DNA from: Octopus bimaculoides
Taxonomy: Eukaryota
Length of the DNA stretch: 64,000 bases
NCBI RefSeq assembly: GCF_001194135.2
Contig: NC_068985.1
Location: 82,157,168-82,221,167, forward strand
Reading direction: 5' to 3'
Position numbers and translations under genes: made by a program. Below the pieces are notes generated by a model. The model saw nothing but the letters and a program-made list of their open reading frames with translations. It had not been told where the DNA came from and made no database searches. This document shows positions 12,951-26,290 of the stretch, piece by piece. The stretch's first letter is position 1. Each line of letters starts with the position of its first letter.

Positions 12951-13821
12951 AATTATTATTGTTGTTGTTGTTGTTGTTGTTATTATATTTTAAAAGGATT
13001 GCCATAACTCCTCACGAAGGTAAACTGACAATTGTCTATTATTATTATTATTATTATCATCATCATCATCATTATTATTATTTTTATTATTATAATTTAT
13101 GATTATTCCTATTATCATTATTGTTGTTATTCTTCTTTCTGGTATATCTGAACAATAAACATTCCTCTCGAATAAAAAGCTCATTACAAGGGAGCAGTAA
13201 TATCAGCAAAAGATGATGCTTATTGTTTATATATTATTTAGTGTGTTCCAGGTCATATTAACCAGCAAAGCTGGATCTTGTGTCATTCTGAGTTCCAAAC
13301 TGCATTATCAGCAGTAAAGTATGCCTGAGAGAACTATAGAATGGTCAAGCAGCTGTAAATAATATAGCAAAGCCAATGCACAAATACAGCAGCTAAGTGC
13401 AGTAACAGTAGTGATAGGCACAGTAGTAGATTTAGCAGCAGGATGGTGGTGGTGTGTAAGTCTTGGGGTTGCAGTAGTGTTAGCAATAGTATAAGAAGTA
13501 TGAGAGTAGTATTTAGTTAGTCAATCAGTCAGTCAAGATTGCCTTTTTGTTCAATGTTTCATAGATTACATGTTACAGATTATGATACAGCTGGCTTTTT
13601 AATGCTGTAAGACTTGAAGGCAGAAAAGAGATTGTAAAAGCTACACATAGGTGACAAGATCAGCACCAGAGGCACACCTGTCTAGAAATTAAACAGCTGT
13701 TCTTTTGAAAACTGTTATTTCAAAAGAAAGAAAATTCGAACAAACAAAAGCAAGAGGAAATGGTTAAATAAATATGCACAAACACATTGAAGAAAGAAAA
13801 AGTGAGGAGAGATTATTAATC

Positions 13822-13875
<54 letters not shown>

Positions 13876-14489
13876 CATTATTATTACTTGAGCAATGTAG
13901 ATGAGTTTTACTTTTTAAGAATGTTAAACACACACACACATATGTGTATAATCTTTAATGTATTTTACAATTATTATTTAGAGGGGAAAAGATGCAATAT
14001 TTTTTAGAATTTATCATGAATTTTCAGAATATTTTTTTTTTAAAAAAAAGAGGAATTTGAAATCAAAATCTATTAAAGATGATGTTTGATGGTTTTGATG
14101 GACTGTATGTATTTCATGGTTGTTTTTTACTTCATGTTATTTTTATTATTTAAAAACATTTTTTTATATTTTATACCATGCAAAATGACATTTTATCAAA
14201 CTTTTAACATTTTAACATTATTCAATCATTAATGGATGAGAGAATAACTGCAGTTAAACAAAGAAATAAATAGAGAACAACAAAGAGAAAGAGACATACA
14301 GAAAGACAGAGAAAGAAGAGGGAGAGAGCATAAAAGAAAAATGATGAGTAATGATGGTTTCTTACATAGACATGAAACCTGCTCTATAAATAAGTAATCT
14401 AATGGTACAAAATGCCACAAATTTCTCTTTATGTTTCTCTAAATGTAATACATAGAAAATCTCATTGTCATCATCATTTTACATCTGTT

Positions 14490-15150
14490 TGTTCATGTTT
14501 GCTTCAGCTGGCCATGTTTTCTCTAGCATTTGTTGTTTTTTTCTTTTTTTTATATCTCTTTTGTGAGGTTTAGTCTTAGCTTTCATTACTTTTCCCCATG
14601 TCTTCCTTGGTCTTCATCTTCTACATGATACAACTGTCATCCTTCATATGCATACCATATCAGTGCCAGTGTAGACTTCTCTCTTGCATACTGCATTTAA
14701 TGCTTCTGTTACATAACTTGGTCCATCAATTCCATGCTTCTGTAGAGCATCTCCTTTGCCTTGTAGCAGTAGTCGATGATACTGCAATAATACTCATTTG
14801 GTGTCACATCTACCAATATTATCAGGTAGACTATGTGACTAATGTATGATCACTACCTTGGTGATTTTCAGCACCTTGCTGATTATTCCTGATTGTCCTG
14901 TTGCTTTACCTGCCCTTATATTCTTAATCATAAATATGACCATATAATTGTCAATTTCAATAGCAGCTGGTCTCTGTTTGGTTTTCTTGATGCATTCTCC
15001 TCCTTCAGCAACCTCCTTTCATAATGGTATTCCCTTCATTTGGCAATCTCTCATAATAAGACTCCTGTTCACCTTTCGTTTCTGCATCATGTACCATTAT
15101 CATTCCATATTTCTTGATTTCTTGATTCACACGAACACACTGTTTTATAT
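14490..15150 (-). mobile_element. Decayed RTE-clade LINE remnant with a large internal deletion
   Basis: Minus-strand frame-shifted fragments: HYERRLLKEEN, AIEID...IKNIRAGKATGQSGIISKVLK (cf. GKAxGPSG..EMLK), CSIIDYCYK/GKGDAL, then almost immediately the C-terminal CRR*RPRKTW. Boundaries approximate. Confidence 0.7.
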
Positions 15151-16163
15151 CTTGTGTCCATGATATCACAGAACTGTTCTTTCAGTTTCTTTTTGGCTAC
15201 ATATATTTATATATTTAACTAACATTATTTTCTACATTCTTCCCACGTTCCCTAGTCTATTGTTAAATTTTTTGGTTCTATTTACCATGTCACCTGTCAT
15301 CTCTTCTGTGAAGTTATTTATTCTGAGTTACTGTTCTTTTAGATGGGTTGCCATCATTGTAGTTTGCAAAGCCACGTATTTTCTTGGTGAAGAATTTCAT
15401 TCAGAGACACTGCTCTCCTAATTGGTGCAGAATCCTCACTTCCCTTGTTTGCAATTCATTCAGAGATAATGTTCTTCAACTCTGGTCATCTTGTATAGCA
15501 CTCACATCTCTCCATAATGCAACTCCAAGAACAGAAAAATAGAACAATGATTTCTTACATATAAGTGAAACAAATAGTCAATAAAAACATTTGGTCTCAG
15601 TATTTCACTGGTACATATTTTATTGAGCTTGGAAGGATGGAGGTGAATTCAACCTTCACTGGATTTGAATTCATATAAGAAAGGAACAGAAATAAATATT
15701 GTAATACATATAAAATAGGGCTCCACTATTTCTGGCACTCTAGTATTACCATAGAAATAAAATTAAAATATTCCAATGGTCAATAGGCCAGATATTTGGA
15801 GATAGGAGTATTGGTGATTAAATCAATGTTATATTTGACACAGAAAATGCTAAATGGATCTTTGGAGGAATTCAACTCAAATGTATTGGAGCTACACTTA
15901 AATACTGTACAACATTTATTCTAATATCATTCCTATTTTTTTGTCGTCCCCAGAATATGGCAACAATGATCATTTTCTAAATTGACAGAACAGTAAAAAA
16001 TATTTAGAAGTGAGTTTGAATTATTGTACTGAGACTAGTATATGATTGGTACTTGCTATATTATCTCACTAATATACAAAGTAAATTTGACTTTAATTCC
16101 ATTTAAATGAAACTATGTAACATGCCATGTATATATTTTCAGTTACAAATCTACAATAAAAAA

Positions 16164-16760
16164 GTGGCTGTGTGGTAAGAAGCTTGCTTCACAACCACAT
16201 GGCTCAGGGTTCAGTCCCACTGCATGGCACCTTAAGCAAGTGTCTTCTACTATAGAGCTTCAGGTCAACCAAAGCCTTGTGAGTGGATTTGGTAGACAGA
16301 AACGTTAGCACGACGGTTGAAATGCTTAGCTGTATTTTGTCTGCCGTGACGTTCTGAGTTCAAATTCCACTGAGGTCGACTTTGCCTTTCATCCTTTCGA
16401 GGTCGATTAAATAAGTACCAGTTACGCACTGGGGTCGATGTAATCGACTTAATCCCTTTGTCTGTCCTTGTTTGTCCCCTCTGTGTGTAGCCCCTTGTGG
16501 GCAATAAAGAAATAAGAAACTGAAAGAAGCCTGTTGTGTATATGTGTGTGTGTGTGTCTGTGTTTGTCCCCCCCCTGCCACCATTGCTTGACAACTGATG
16601 TTGGTGTGTTTACATCCCCATAACTTAGCATTTTGGCAAAAGAGACCAATCGAATAAGTACCAAGCTTACAATGAATGAGTCCTGGGGTCAATTTGCTCG
16701 ACTTAAGGTGGTGCTCCAGCATAGCTACAGTCAAATGATTGAAACAAGTAAAAGAAAAAG
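16164..16760 (+). mobile_element. Near full-length tRNA-derived SINE (family B here), interrupted by a nested SINE
   Basis: A-box-like TGGCTGTGTGGTAAG and B-box-like GGTTCAGTCCC. Body shared with other copies in the window (2.5, 6.8, 18, 44.4, 57.2, 63.9 kb). Ends in GAAACAAGTAAAAG. Confidence 0.85.
16304..16520 (+). mobile_element. Second SINE family (family A here), 5'-truncated and nested in the SINE above
   Basis: Interrupts GACAGAAAC|TGAAAGAAGC of the host. AGAAAC is duplicated at 16298-16303 and 16515-16520. Contains B-box-like GAGTTCAAATTCC. Decayed relatives occur at about 24.45, 31.2, 48.6 and 62.4 kb. Confidence 0.8.
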
Positions 16761-17737
16761 GATAAAATAAAAAAGGAATATGGACAGAAATCTGTGAAGG
16801 ACACTTGCAGGCTTTATTCTTAGGTACAAGCAAATGATGAAGAGTTAGGAAAGAGTTGGGATTCTTACAGGAGTCAATGTTGTAGTAGAAACATAGATGA
16901 CAGATGCTGATTGCTATCAGTAATCAGTATCCTGGGTTCTGATCAAAGTAAGTGTGGTGATGTGGTAATGATGATGATGATGATGATAAAACAGAAACAT
17001 AAAATAAGAAAAGAGAAAATACGGGAATAGAAAGATAAAAAGAAAAGGGTCTGAAAAATTTATAGCCATTATATCAAAGTAATATAAAATTTGATATAAA
17101 GATCACAGATTTAATTTAAAGAAAAACCAAAAAAAAATAAATAAATAATGTTAAATAAACACAAAACTTAAAGTAAGACTAAATTATATTTTATGGTAGC
17201 CTATCTGTTATGCCCAATAGTACTCCTACCACTACCACTTTCACCAGCTCCACCTTTCATTTCAGGATATACTTGAACATTTAGAGATAAAATTTTAGAA
17301 TTTGAAATAATAATATTCAAAGCCCTAACTTCTACTTTTACCTTACTTTCATTATTTTTTAAATCCACCCCCACCAATATCAAGTGAATGAAACTAAAAA
17401 GAAAATGTGACAAAAAAAAAAAGAAAAGAAGCAATATTCAGCTATCTTTAAAATGTTGCTTTTCAGCGTGCTTGCCTGGATAAAACAGGAAGATTTAATC
17501 ACTAGTAAAAACCTTCTTTTATTATACAAGCCATAGCTCAGGAGATGGCGCAGATGGTCGGTAGCCAACACAGGTTATTTTGTCATGCATCCCAGCAGAG
17601 TTAATAAAGTTTCTGGCTGTTATCTAGTTTAGCGATTAGTGCCTTAGCTGTGCAAGTGAGTTTGTGTGTAAATGTATTTTATGGCATTAAGCCATAAAAC
17701 ACATTTGCTCGGATACATATACTCTTAAACATATATG

Positions 17738-17786
<49 letters not shown>

Positions 17787-17950
17787 CTGTACCTATCATA
17801 CATATATGTGAATGTGTTTATATATGTTTGTGCTTGTGTAAGATTTTACTAATTCTAAGTAGCTAACAGCATTAAAACTGTCCACCACTTAATTTGCTGG
17901 AGAGATAGATACTTTGCATTCATAATACCTACTTTATATATAGAGAGAGA

Positions 17951-18600
17951 GACATGGTTCTGTAGTTAAGAAGCTTGTTTTACATCCACATGATTTCAAG
18001 TTCAGTCCCACTGCACTGTACCTTGGACAAACATCTACTATAGCGCTGGGTTGACCAATAAATTCAGTAGATTGAACTATGTGGAAGCCAACCCTATATA
18101 TATATGTATATGTGTATGTCTTTGTGTTTGTGTACATGCTAATCCCACCACTTAACAACTGGTGTTCATTTGTTTATGTCCCGGTTACTCAGCAGTTTGT
18201 TAAAACAGAGCAATGGAGTAATCATGAGATTTTAAAAATAAGTACTAAGGTCGATTTAGTAGTTGTATGCTGTCAACTTAATGTGACAGTCCCCTGAAGG
18301 GAATAATACTACTGTTGGTTAGACCAAGGAAGCTGCACCGCTTCCTGTCGGCCTTGACACATTTCCTGTGTCCTTATGTTCACAAGGGGGAGACATAAGG
18401 ACACAGGAAATGTGCCAAGGCCGACAGGAAGCAGCTTCCTAGGTCTAACCAACAGTAGTATTATTCTCTTCAGTGGACTGTCACATTAAGCTGACAGCAT
18501 ACAACTACTTCATCGTATCACTACTGTATAAATCTTTCTCAGAGATTTAGAAATGTATTATTTCTAAGGTCGATTTGTTTAACTAAATTCTTGACAGTGT
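17951..18600 (+). mobile_element. Decayed family-B SINE hosting the fold-back insertion
   Basis: Collinear similarity to the 16.2-kb and 57.2-kb copies. The host sequence resumes (GTTTAACTAAA) after the second CTAAGGTCGATTT. Confidence 0.7.
18258..18563. mobile_element. 306-bp insertion: 252-bp near-perfect hairpin plus 54-bp tail, flanked by a 13-bp TSD
   Basis: Arms 18258-18379 and 18393-18509, with 5 mismatches and one 5-nt indel; 13-nt loop. CTAAGGTCGATTT occurs at 18245-18257 and 18564-18576. Confidence 0.85.
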
Positions 18601-21484
18601 GTATGTATACACACCCACACCCACACACACACACACACACCCACACCTACACACATGCATATCCATTATTTATAAAGCTTTGAATGCCATACCTGATATA
18701 TATATATATATATATATATAATCTCTACACACACACACACAGATATATGTATATATGTAGCTAGTAGTGGGTATATTATTTTAGTATNNNNNNNNNNNNN
18801 NNNNNNNNNNNNNNNNNNNNNNNNNNNNNNNNNNNNNNNNNNNNNNNNNNNNNNNNNNNNNNNNNNNNNNNNNNNNNNNNNNNNNNNNNNNNNNNNNNNN
18901 NNNNNNNNNNNNNNNNNNNNNNNNNNNNNNNNNNNNNNNNNNNNNNNNNNNNNNNNNNNNNNNNNNNNNNNNNNNNNNNNNNNNNNNNNNNNNNNNNNNN
19001 NNNNNNNNNNNNNNNNNNNNNNNNNNNNNNNNNNNNNNNNNNNNNNNNNNNNNNNNNNNNNNNNNNNNNNNNNNNNNNNNNNNNNNNNNNNNNNNNNNNN
19101 NNNNNNNNNNNNNNNNNNNNNNNNNNNNNNNNNNNNNNNNNNNNNNNNNNNNNNNNNNNNNNNNNNNNNNNNNNNNNNNNNNNNNNNNNNNNNNNNNNNN
19201 NNNNNNNNNNNNNNNNNNNNNNNNNNNNNNNNNNNNNNNNNNNNNNNNNNNNNNNNNNGAAGAAGAAGAAGAAGAAGAAGAAGAAGAAGAAGAAGAAGAA
19301 GAAGAAGAAGAAGAAGAAGAAGAAGAAGAAGAAGAAGAAGGAGAAGAACAAGAAGAAGAAGAAGAAGAAGAAGAAGAAGAAGAAGAAAATCAACAACAGC
19401 AACAAAAATATGTGAAAGCAAAGAATGAGTAGAAGTTGTGTGGTACAAACTTGAGAATTCAGAATCAAGTAAAATTTAAGTAAAAAGGTGTAGGGGATGT
19501 TTTTAAAAAAATCAAATAAATGAATAAATATATCATTAAACAAATAAACAAAACCCTTCTTACAAAAACAAATACTAAATAAAAAGTAACAAACTAACAA
19601 AATATTCCAGTATTGCTAATGAAGAAAATGAGAAAAGTCATGTTGAATTCTTTAATAGGAACTGTAAGTAGATAGTGGTAGTTAAAATGTAAGTTAAGTG
19701 CAGCACACTGAGTTGAATACTGATCCCATACACCACCACATCACACTTAATTGAATGCTTCAACTTAAGGGAAATCAGGCAGAGAAATATAGAGAGAGGG
19801 GTGGAGAGAAAAGGAGGAGGATAAGTGAAACAGTAGGGAAAAGGAAGATAGATATAGGGAGGAGAAAGAGGTAGAGGGTGAGAGTGTAATTGCAGTCAGT
19901 TTTAAGGTAGATGATAAGAGGGAGAAAGGAAGAGCAAGTGAGAATGAGATAGAGAGTAAGTGTGGTGTTGAAGACTAGGGAGAAAGGAGAGAGAGAAAGG
20001 GAGAGTGAGAAATAGACAGTGATAGGTATAGATAGATAGAGAAGAGGAGAAACAAAGAGAATAATAGAAAGTGTTAGAGAGTAAGACAAAATAGTGGCTG
20101 TTAGTTTTGCTGATGGGAGGAAATGGGGATAGGTGAGCATCACAGTAGTAGTGTTGAATATGAGAGAGACAGAGGCATGGGGAATAGTGTTAGCATTGAA
20201 GAAGAGATGACTACAAGAATAGCAGTGTTAAAGAGAGAAAAAAAGGGAGAATATTGGCAGTGTTGAAGAGGAGAGAGGGATGGGGAAGAGGGAGTGTATT
20301 GGCAGTGTTTAAAAGTGAAAGGAAAATGCTCCCTCTCTACACACACACTATTGGCAATGTTAAAGATGAGAGGGAAAAAAGAGAGAGGGAGAGAGAGAAT
20401 TGGCAGTATTACAGGTAGGAGAGAGATGCACATAGAAATGCAGTGAGTGACAATGTTGAAAAGAAAATGAGAGAGAAAGGTAGCAGTGTTGAAGATGGAA
20501 AAGATAGTAAAGGCAGTGTTAAAGGTGAGAGAGAGAGAGTGGTACATACACATACGCACACACACAATAATAGCAGCCGGGAAGAAGAGAGAAAGAGAAA
20601 TTAATGAAGATGATAGAGAGAGAAGTGGTGAATGGTGGTAGTGTTGAAAATCACACACACACACATGTACATAAACAGAAGCTCAGGACAGAAGCAGTCA
20701 AGAAGATGTTGGTACTCGCCAATTTAGATAAAAGGCCCGAACTTGGATATAGGATAGTATGGATTTTAAAGAAAACCAATTTTTGTAAAGGAAAAAATTA
20801 TACTTTTAATTTTATTACACTGTGGCCACTTTTATATTTTTATACAGTTTGCATTTTAATACCATACACACACACACATGTGCACATGCAGATACATGCC
20901 CCAAACACACATGCCTAGATATGCATACATGCATATGTACAGCTAGCCCATGAAACATTTATGGCAATTACAGAAACTGAATAAAAACTTTCCTTCTTTT
21001 TTCTTTTAAGTATTATGCTATGTTTATCTCCCCAAAGACATCGGCCCACCCCAGTACTATCTCCACTACTACCATAACCATTATTATCATTATCAATCAA
21101 AATCACGATCCCAATTTTGATCATCATAATCAGATCATCATCATTAACATCATCAATATCATCCTCATCATCCTCATTCATTCATCCATTCATTGCCAGT
21201 AAATGTCAATATTGGATTCTAACAAGCAGTCATACTGGATCCAGAATCATAAAAAAATAAATTGCTAAAACAGATAAATTACTATAAAAAAGAATTTTTT
21301 AAATGCAGTTAAAAGATATGAAAACTTAAAAAATAAAAAAGAAATCCATCAAAATCAACAGAATGTGAAATGAGGAAATTTGACTGCTTGTATGATAAAG
21401 GATTAAAATCGATTCTAACTTACTTGAGTGCGTTAAGCAAAAATAAATAAATAAATTTATTTAGAATATTAAATATATAAATTA

Positions 21485-21516
<32 letters not shown>

Positions 21517-21530
21517 TTATAATAATAATG

Positions 21531-21570
<40 letters not shown>

Positions 21571-23166
21571 TGATAATAATAATAATAATAATGATAAATG
21601 TATGAGTGAATGAAATAAACAAACATTATGACAGAATGTATAAGGTTTAACTAAGTTACTGAGACATGATTTGAGTGAAACAAGTTCATGTGTAGGAAAT
21701 GAGGAGAAAGTTTAATTAATGAATCAGTTCTGATAATGTTATTTTGGCCACAAAGGCACAAAGCTTTATGTTAAACCTTATGTTAAGAAATATGAAAAGA
21801 CAGATATAATATTTTCGTTTTGTGCTTTATTGAGAAAATAATTAAAAATAGCATTGAGTAATATTGAAATTCACTTAAAAGAAATAGAATATACCTAAAA
21901 AGCAGGAGAGAGGGAGGGAGAGAGAGAGAGAAATGAGGAGAGTGAAAGAAAGGGTGACAGGGAGTAAGATTAATGACTTTACTTGATAAGCTGAATAAAA
22001 ATGGATAATTTTGTATAGAAGATACAATGGCTGAGTGAGTTATTCAGCTCAAGTGCATCTGTCATGAATTAACACTGTGGCCAGAGGTATTCTACAGTGT
22101 CTGTAGATCATTCTGAGGGCAGCATAGGTGTTGTATATTTAAAAGCCTCAAGAAACACATCTTCAAAACACTTAAGAAATAAGGATTGATCATTTGAAAT
22201 GTGTATTTATTTATAACTAATCCCAAGGTAATTCTAAAATATATAAAGGCTGAATTTTGTTGTTTAAAACCAGTGGAAAATATAGATATAAGAAAAGACC
22301 TGAAATTAATATGAACTGGAGATAGTTCCAGTTTTGCAAGCATGTAAACAACTGCTTTAATCTTGATGCCACATTAAACAAAACTAGACCCTCTCAGTAT
22401 TTGGCTGCAGGTAGGGCATCCACTTGAGATATAATGTAATTGAAGTAACTGCCAACTGCATCAATGAAACTTCTGTATGTCATACAACAGGTAAGAGTGA
22501 TAGTATTGATATAGGATTGTTGTGAATGAAAAACTTGCATAGCGGGCCCATCTAAAATCAGCATGGGAAATGGATGTAAAAATTGATACTGATGAAAGTG
22601 AATTCATTTACCTACTTATGCAGTTTATTTGGTATCTGTGGCAATAGAAGAACAATTATGGCAATTGAGAGTCAATTAGCTTGAACTATTTCTTTTATAT
22701 ATATTATCAGTATTTTTATTTTTATTTTAATTATTAACTTATTTTATTTAGTAATTTGCTAAACAAGTTTTTCAACTCACTATATTACATATGTGAGACC
22801 CTACAGTATTTGCAGTGCAGAACACTCCTCTGAAGTGTTTTCGCCTAGCCATATTGTTGATATTCATGTTCCCATACATATTTTAATCACTCTTAGACTT
22901 GCCAAGTAGAATATTCTTCTGCTAAGAGAAAAATATGAACACTACTACCACTAGCTGACTTAAAAATCACCCCCTGCTCCAATTTGCATTGTTTATATTG
23001 TCCTAAATTTCAATGAACTGATCCTAGCAGATCCTAAGAACCTTGAGAGAGAGGTTTTAAACAACCAACTATTTGGATAAACTCAGTTGAAATTTTTCAG
23101 TTCACTAGACTCACCTCTCTCTCTCTCTCCAGAATGACTGCAGTCAAATGACTGAAACAAGTAAAA

Positions 23167-23208
<42 letters not shown>

Positions 23209-26200
23209 TATGTATTATTCTATGTATTATTGACTGTTTTTACTCTCGCTAGGCCACTGGTGGTAAATAAAATTTCTAAAATTTTCTTTGCCACCCTATA
23301 ATTTATTAATAATNNNNNNNNNNNNNNNNNNNNNNNNNNNNNNNNNNNNNNNNNNNNNNNNNNNNNNNNNNNNNNNNNNNNNNNNNNNNNNNNNNNNNNN
23401 NNNNNNNNNNNNNNNNNNNNNNNNNNNNNNNNNNNNNNNNNNNNNNNNNNNNNNNNNNNNNNNNNNNNNNNNNNNNNNNNNNNNNNNNNNNNNNNNNNNN
23501 NNNNNNNNNNNNNNNNNNNNNGTTTTCCAACTAAGTAGAATATACTTCAATGAAGAAGTCTAATAAAACCAAAACATGCCCCTTGGTTTTGCTAGCTAAT
23601 CTAAAGATAAAATCCATTCTGTCCTGTAGAGTCTCTGTTTTCCAAAACTTCCAATCATTTGATGTTACTGGATTTATCTTTCTTGCTTATTTTTATATTT
23701 TAAACACTCCTTGTATAATCTCTGTTGAATAAAGTTTTTCACTTCACTACATATATGCAGCCCTACTATACTTGTATCTGATCTGTAGAACACTCTCTTG
23801 GGAATATTCTGTCAGGTTTGTGAGAAAATTTTTGATTGAGCCTTGATTCCAAACAGAGCATTATCCACTTCGGCTACCACAGAAATAATAAAAATTCCTG
23901 ATTTCTATCTTATGTAAATGTGAAATCTTAAAAATATTAAACTCAATTTTTTTTCTCAATCAAAATATTTAATTCCTGTAGCTATAAATTTTTTTTATAA
24001 ATCAAACCTATTCACAAAAGAAGAATATCTGTTAGAATTAAAATATTCCAGTTGTGGTAGCAATAGTATTGTATGTCCCCTATTTAATTTTCTTTACAGT
24101 TGCTTATAGAGTCAGTAATATAGGCACTGCTTTAACTAAAATGAAAATCAGGTTCATTTAGCTTATTTCTTTTTATTTCAGTTACCAATATCTGCATCCA
24201 CTTTTTCTGTTTTTTGATATTTTTCAGAAGATATCACAATTGAACATTCTCTGGTAGATTGTTTTTATGTAACTTTTTTCCAGTACCTCTAAATTTTGTG
24301 ATTGACTTAAAGAAGATAAAAGCATTCAAATTTTAAAATTTGTAAAATAATCATTTTATAATTGCATGGAGGAAAGATATAGCCAATCAGATATAAATCT
24401 AAGGACATGACAGGTAATTATTCTGTTTGATCCTGGGGGATACAATAAAAATGATGTTGACCCCAGTAGGATTTGAACTCAGAATGTAGAAGAATGAAAT
24501 TAGTTCCTTTGAAATTTAATACAATGTATTATTGTTTCTATCAAACAGCCCGAGGATGCATTCATACACATGCATGTGTGCGTAAACGATTTAAAAACAT
24601 GGCACATAAAAATGACTGGAAAATATACCAGTTGAAATATAGTGTACATAAAACCTCCAAAGACATGGTAAATCAAAGTATATATTACTCAAATAAAAAA
24701 GAATTAAATAATATAGAAATAAAATCAAGGTAACCCTCAGATAATCAATTTAATTTCTAGTTTCTCTATTATGAAATTCCAATCAAACATCACATGATCA
24801 GACATTGGTATATGTGACAATCAAAAGCCTCTTAAAATTACAAAGTTTATCAAGCTATGGCATCAATCTTCGCCTATATCCTAAATTTGTAATATTTGAT
24901 CACAAGGAAATAAATATCAAAACACATACATTGACCGATAACCACTTGAACACACAAGAAATGCTTTGCTTTTGAACAACATATTTAAAGAACTATGAAA
25001 GTCAAACGTTACTATTCATCTTTTCATCTAATTAGAAACTTAAAGTACGGCCTAATTAGTTCAACATCATACTGGTGCAGAGAAAGCAAGTTTGACTATC
25101 TAGCTTTTAATTAACAAGCTAAATTAGGAACAATATAAACTTTATTCTAGCTGAGCATGCTTTGGGCTTCAGGTTGGCAGAATATTTCAAAGAGTTTTAG
25201 GTACATCCAGCCTCAAGAGTAGAATTTCTTATGAGAAAAACTTACAGGAGGTGTTAACTTTAACTTCTGTTATAAAATATTCAAACTGTGAGTGATAGAA
25301 GAAAGTAAGGAGGGGCAAAAAAGAACTATTAAGATTATCATGGTTAGAATTAATATGGTTTAATGCTTTCCATATAACTTTCATCTACCTCCACCATGCT
25401 AGTAGTTATAATTGGACAAGAAAAATCACAAACAGAATCATGAAGAAAATTAAGAATATAAAATAACAAAAATATTACTTTAGAGCTTTAACTTTTAATA
25501 ATGAAGTTCATTTAATGCCTTTTGCTGATGTTGTTGTTGTTTGTGCTGCTGCAACTGCTGTTGTTGTGATGATGTTGAAGAAAGTGGAGTGTCAGAAATG
25601 GAAGAAATGCAGGACTAAATGCCTTGCAGTGCTTAATTATGCCAAAACCTAATTTCTGAATTCAAATTCTATCAAGGACAGTTTATTCTTCATTCTCCCT
25701 GAGAGATAGTTAAATATGTACCAGTAATTCCATTGAATATACTCTTCCCTTACAAATCTATGGCATTATAAAAAAAGACAGCTATTCTTCTTCTTATTCT
25801 TCTCATTATTATTATTATTATTATTATTAAAGTAAGTTTTTCCTGTAATTGATGGGTGTCATTTTACAACCATCTCTTAGTTATTTGAGAATTTAATTCT
25901 TAATTAGAATTAAGTTAGGGGCTCTAAAGGAGAGACAGCAGCAAATAAATAAAATCTATTTGCTACAGATATAAAATGTCATCTTCAAAATGTTGAGTAT
26001 ATACTTTTATGTGTTTAGTATTTCTCAATATAATCAGAATAAACATTAAATATTAGTTTTTTTGTTGTTTTTTTTTTCAATGCAACCCTGAGGGAGAACA
26101 GAAAGTACAAGAAGACTAAACTTATAATAAGAGATTACATAAAGGCATCTAGGAGCTTTTGGCTTACATATTATTTTTCTTCAGATTTTTCTGAGAGCTT

Positions 26201-26290
26201 TTTAGATTATGGGGTGAGGGGTTTAAATTATACATAAAATTTTTTTATAAACATGAAAAGTTTCTTCCCTTAAGAAAAAATATATTTATA

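Noticed and set aside
16164-16230. tRNA-like A/B boxes as a tRNA gene
   Set aside because: SINE head; no cloverleaf, and continuous with the repeat body
17201-17290. Minus-strand YPEMKGGAGESGSGRSTIGHNR as a terminal exon
   Set aside because: Weak acceptor, low-complexity (GGT)-like origin, cannot supply the EKP linker
20140-20650. Repeat-spacer pattern as a CRISPR array
   Set aside because: Eukaryotic context; repeats short and degenerate; spacers low-complexity; no cas genes
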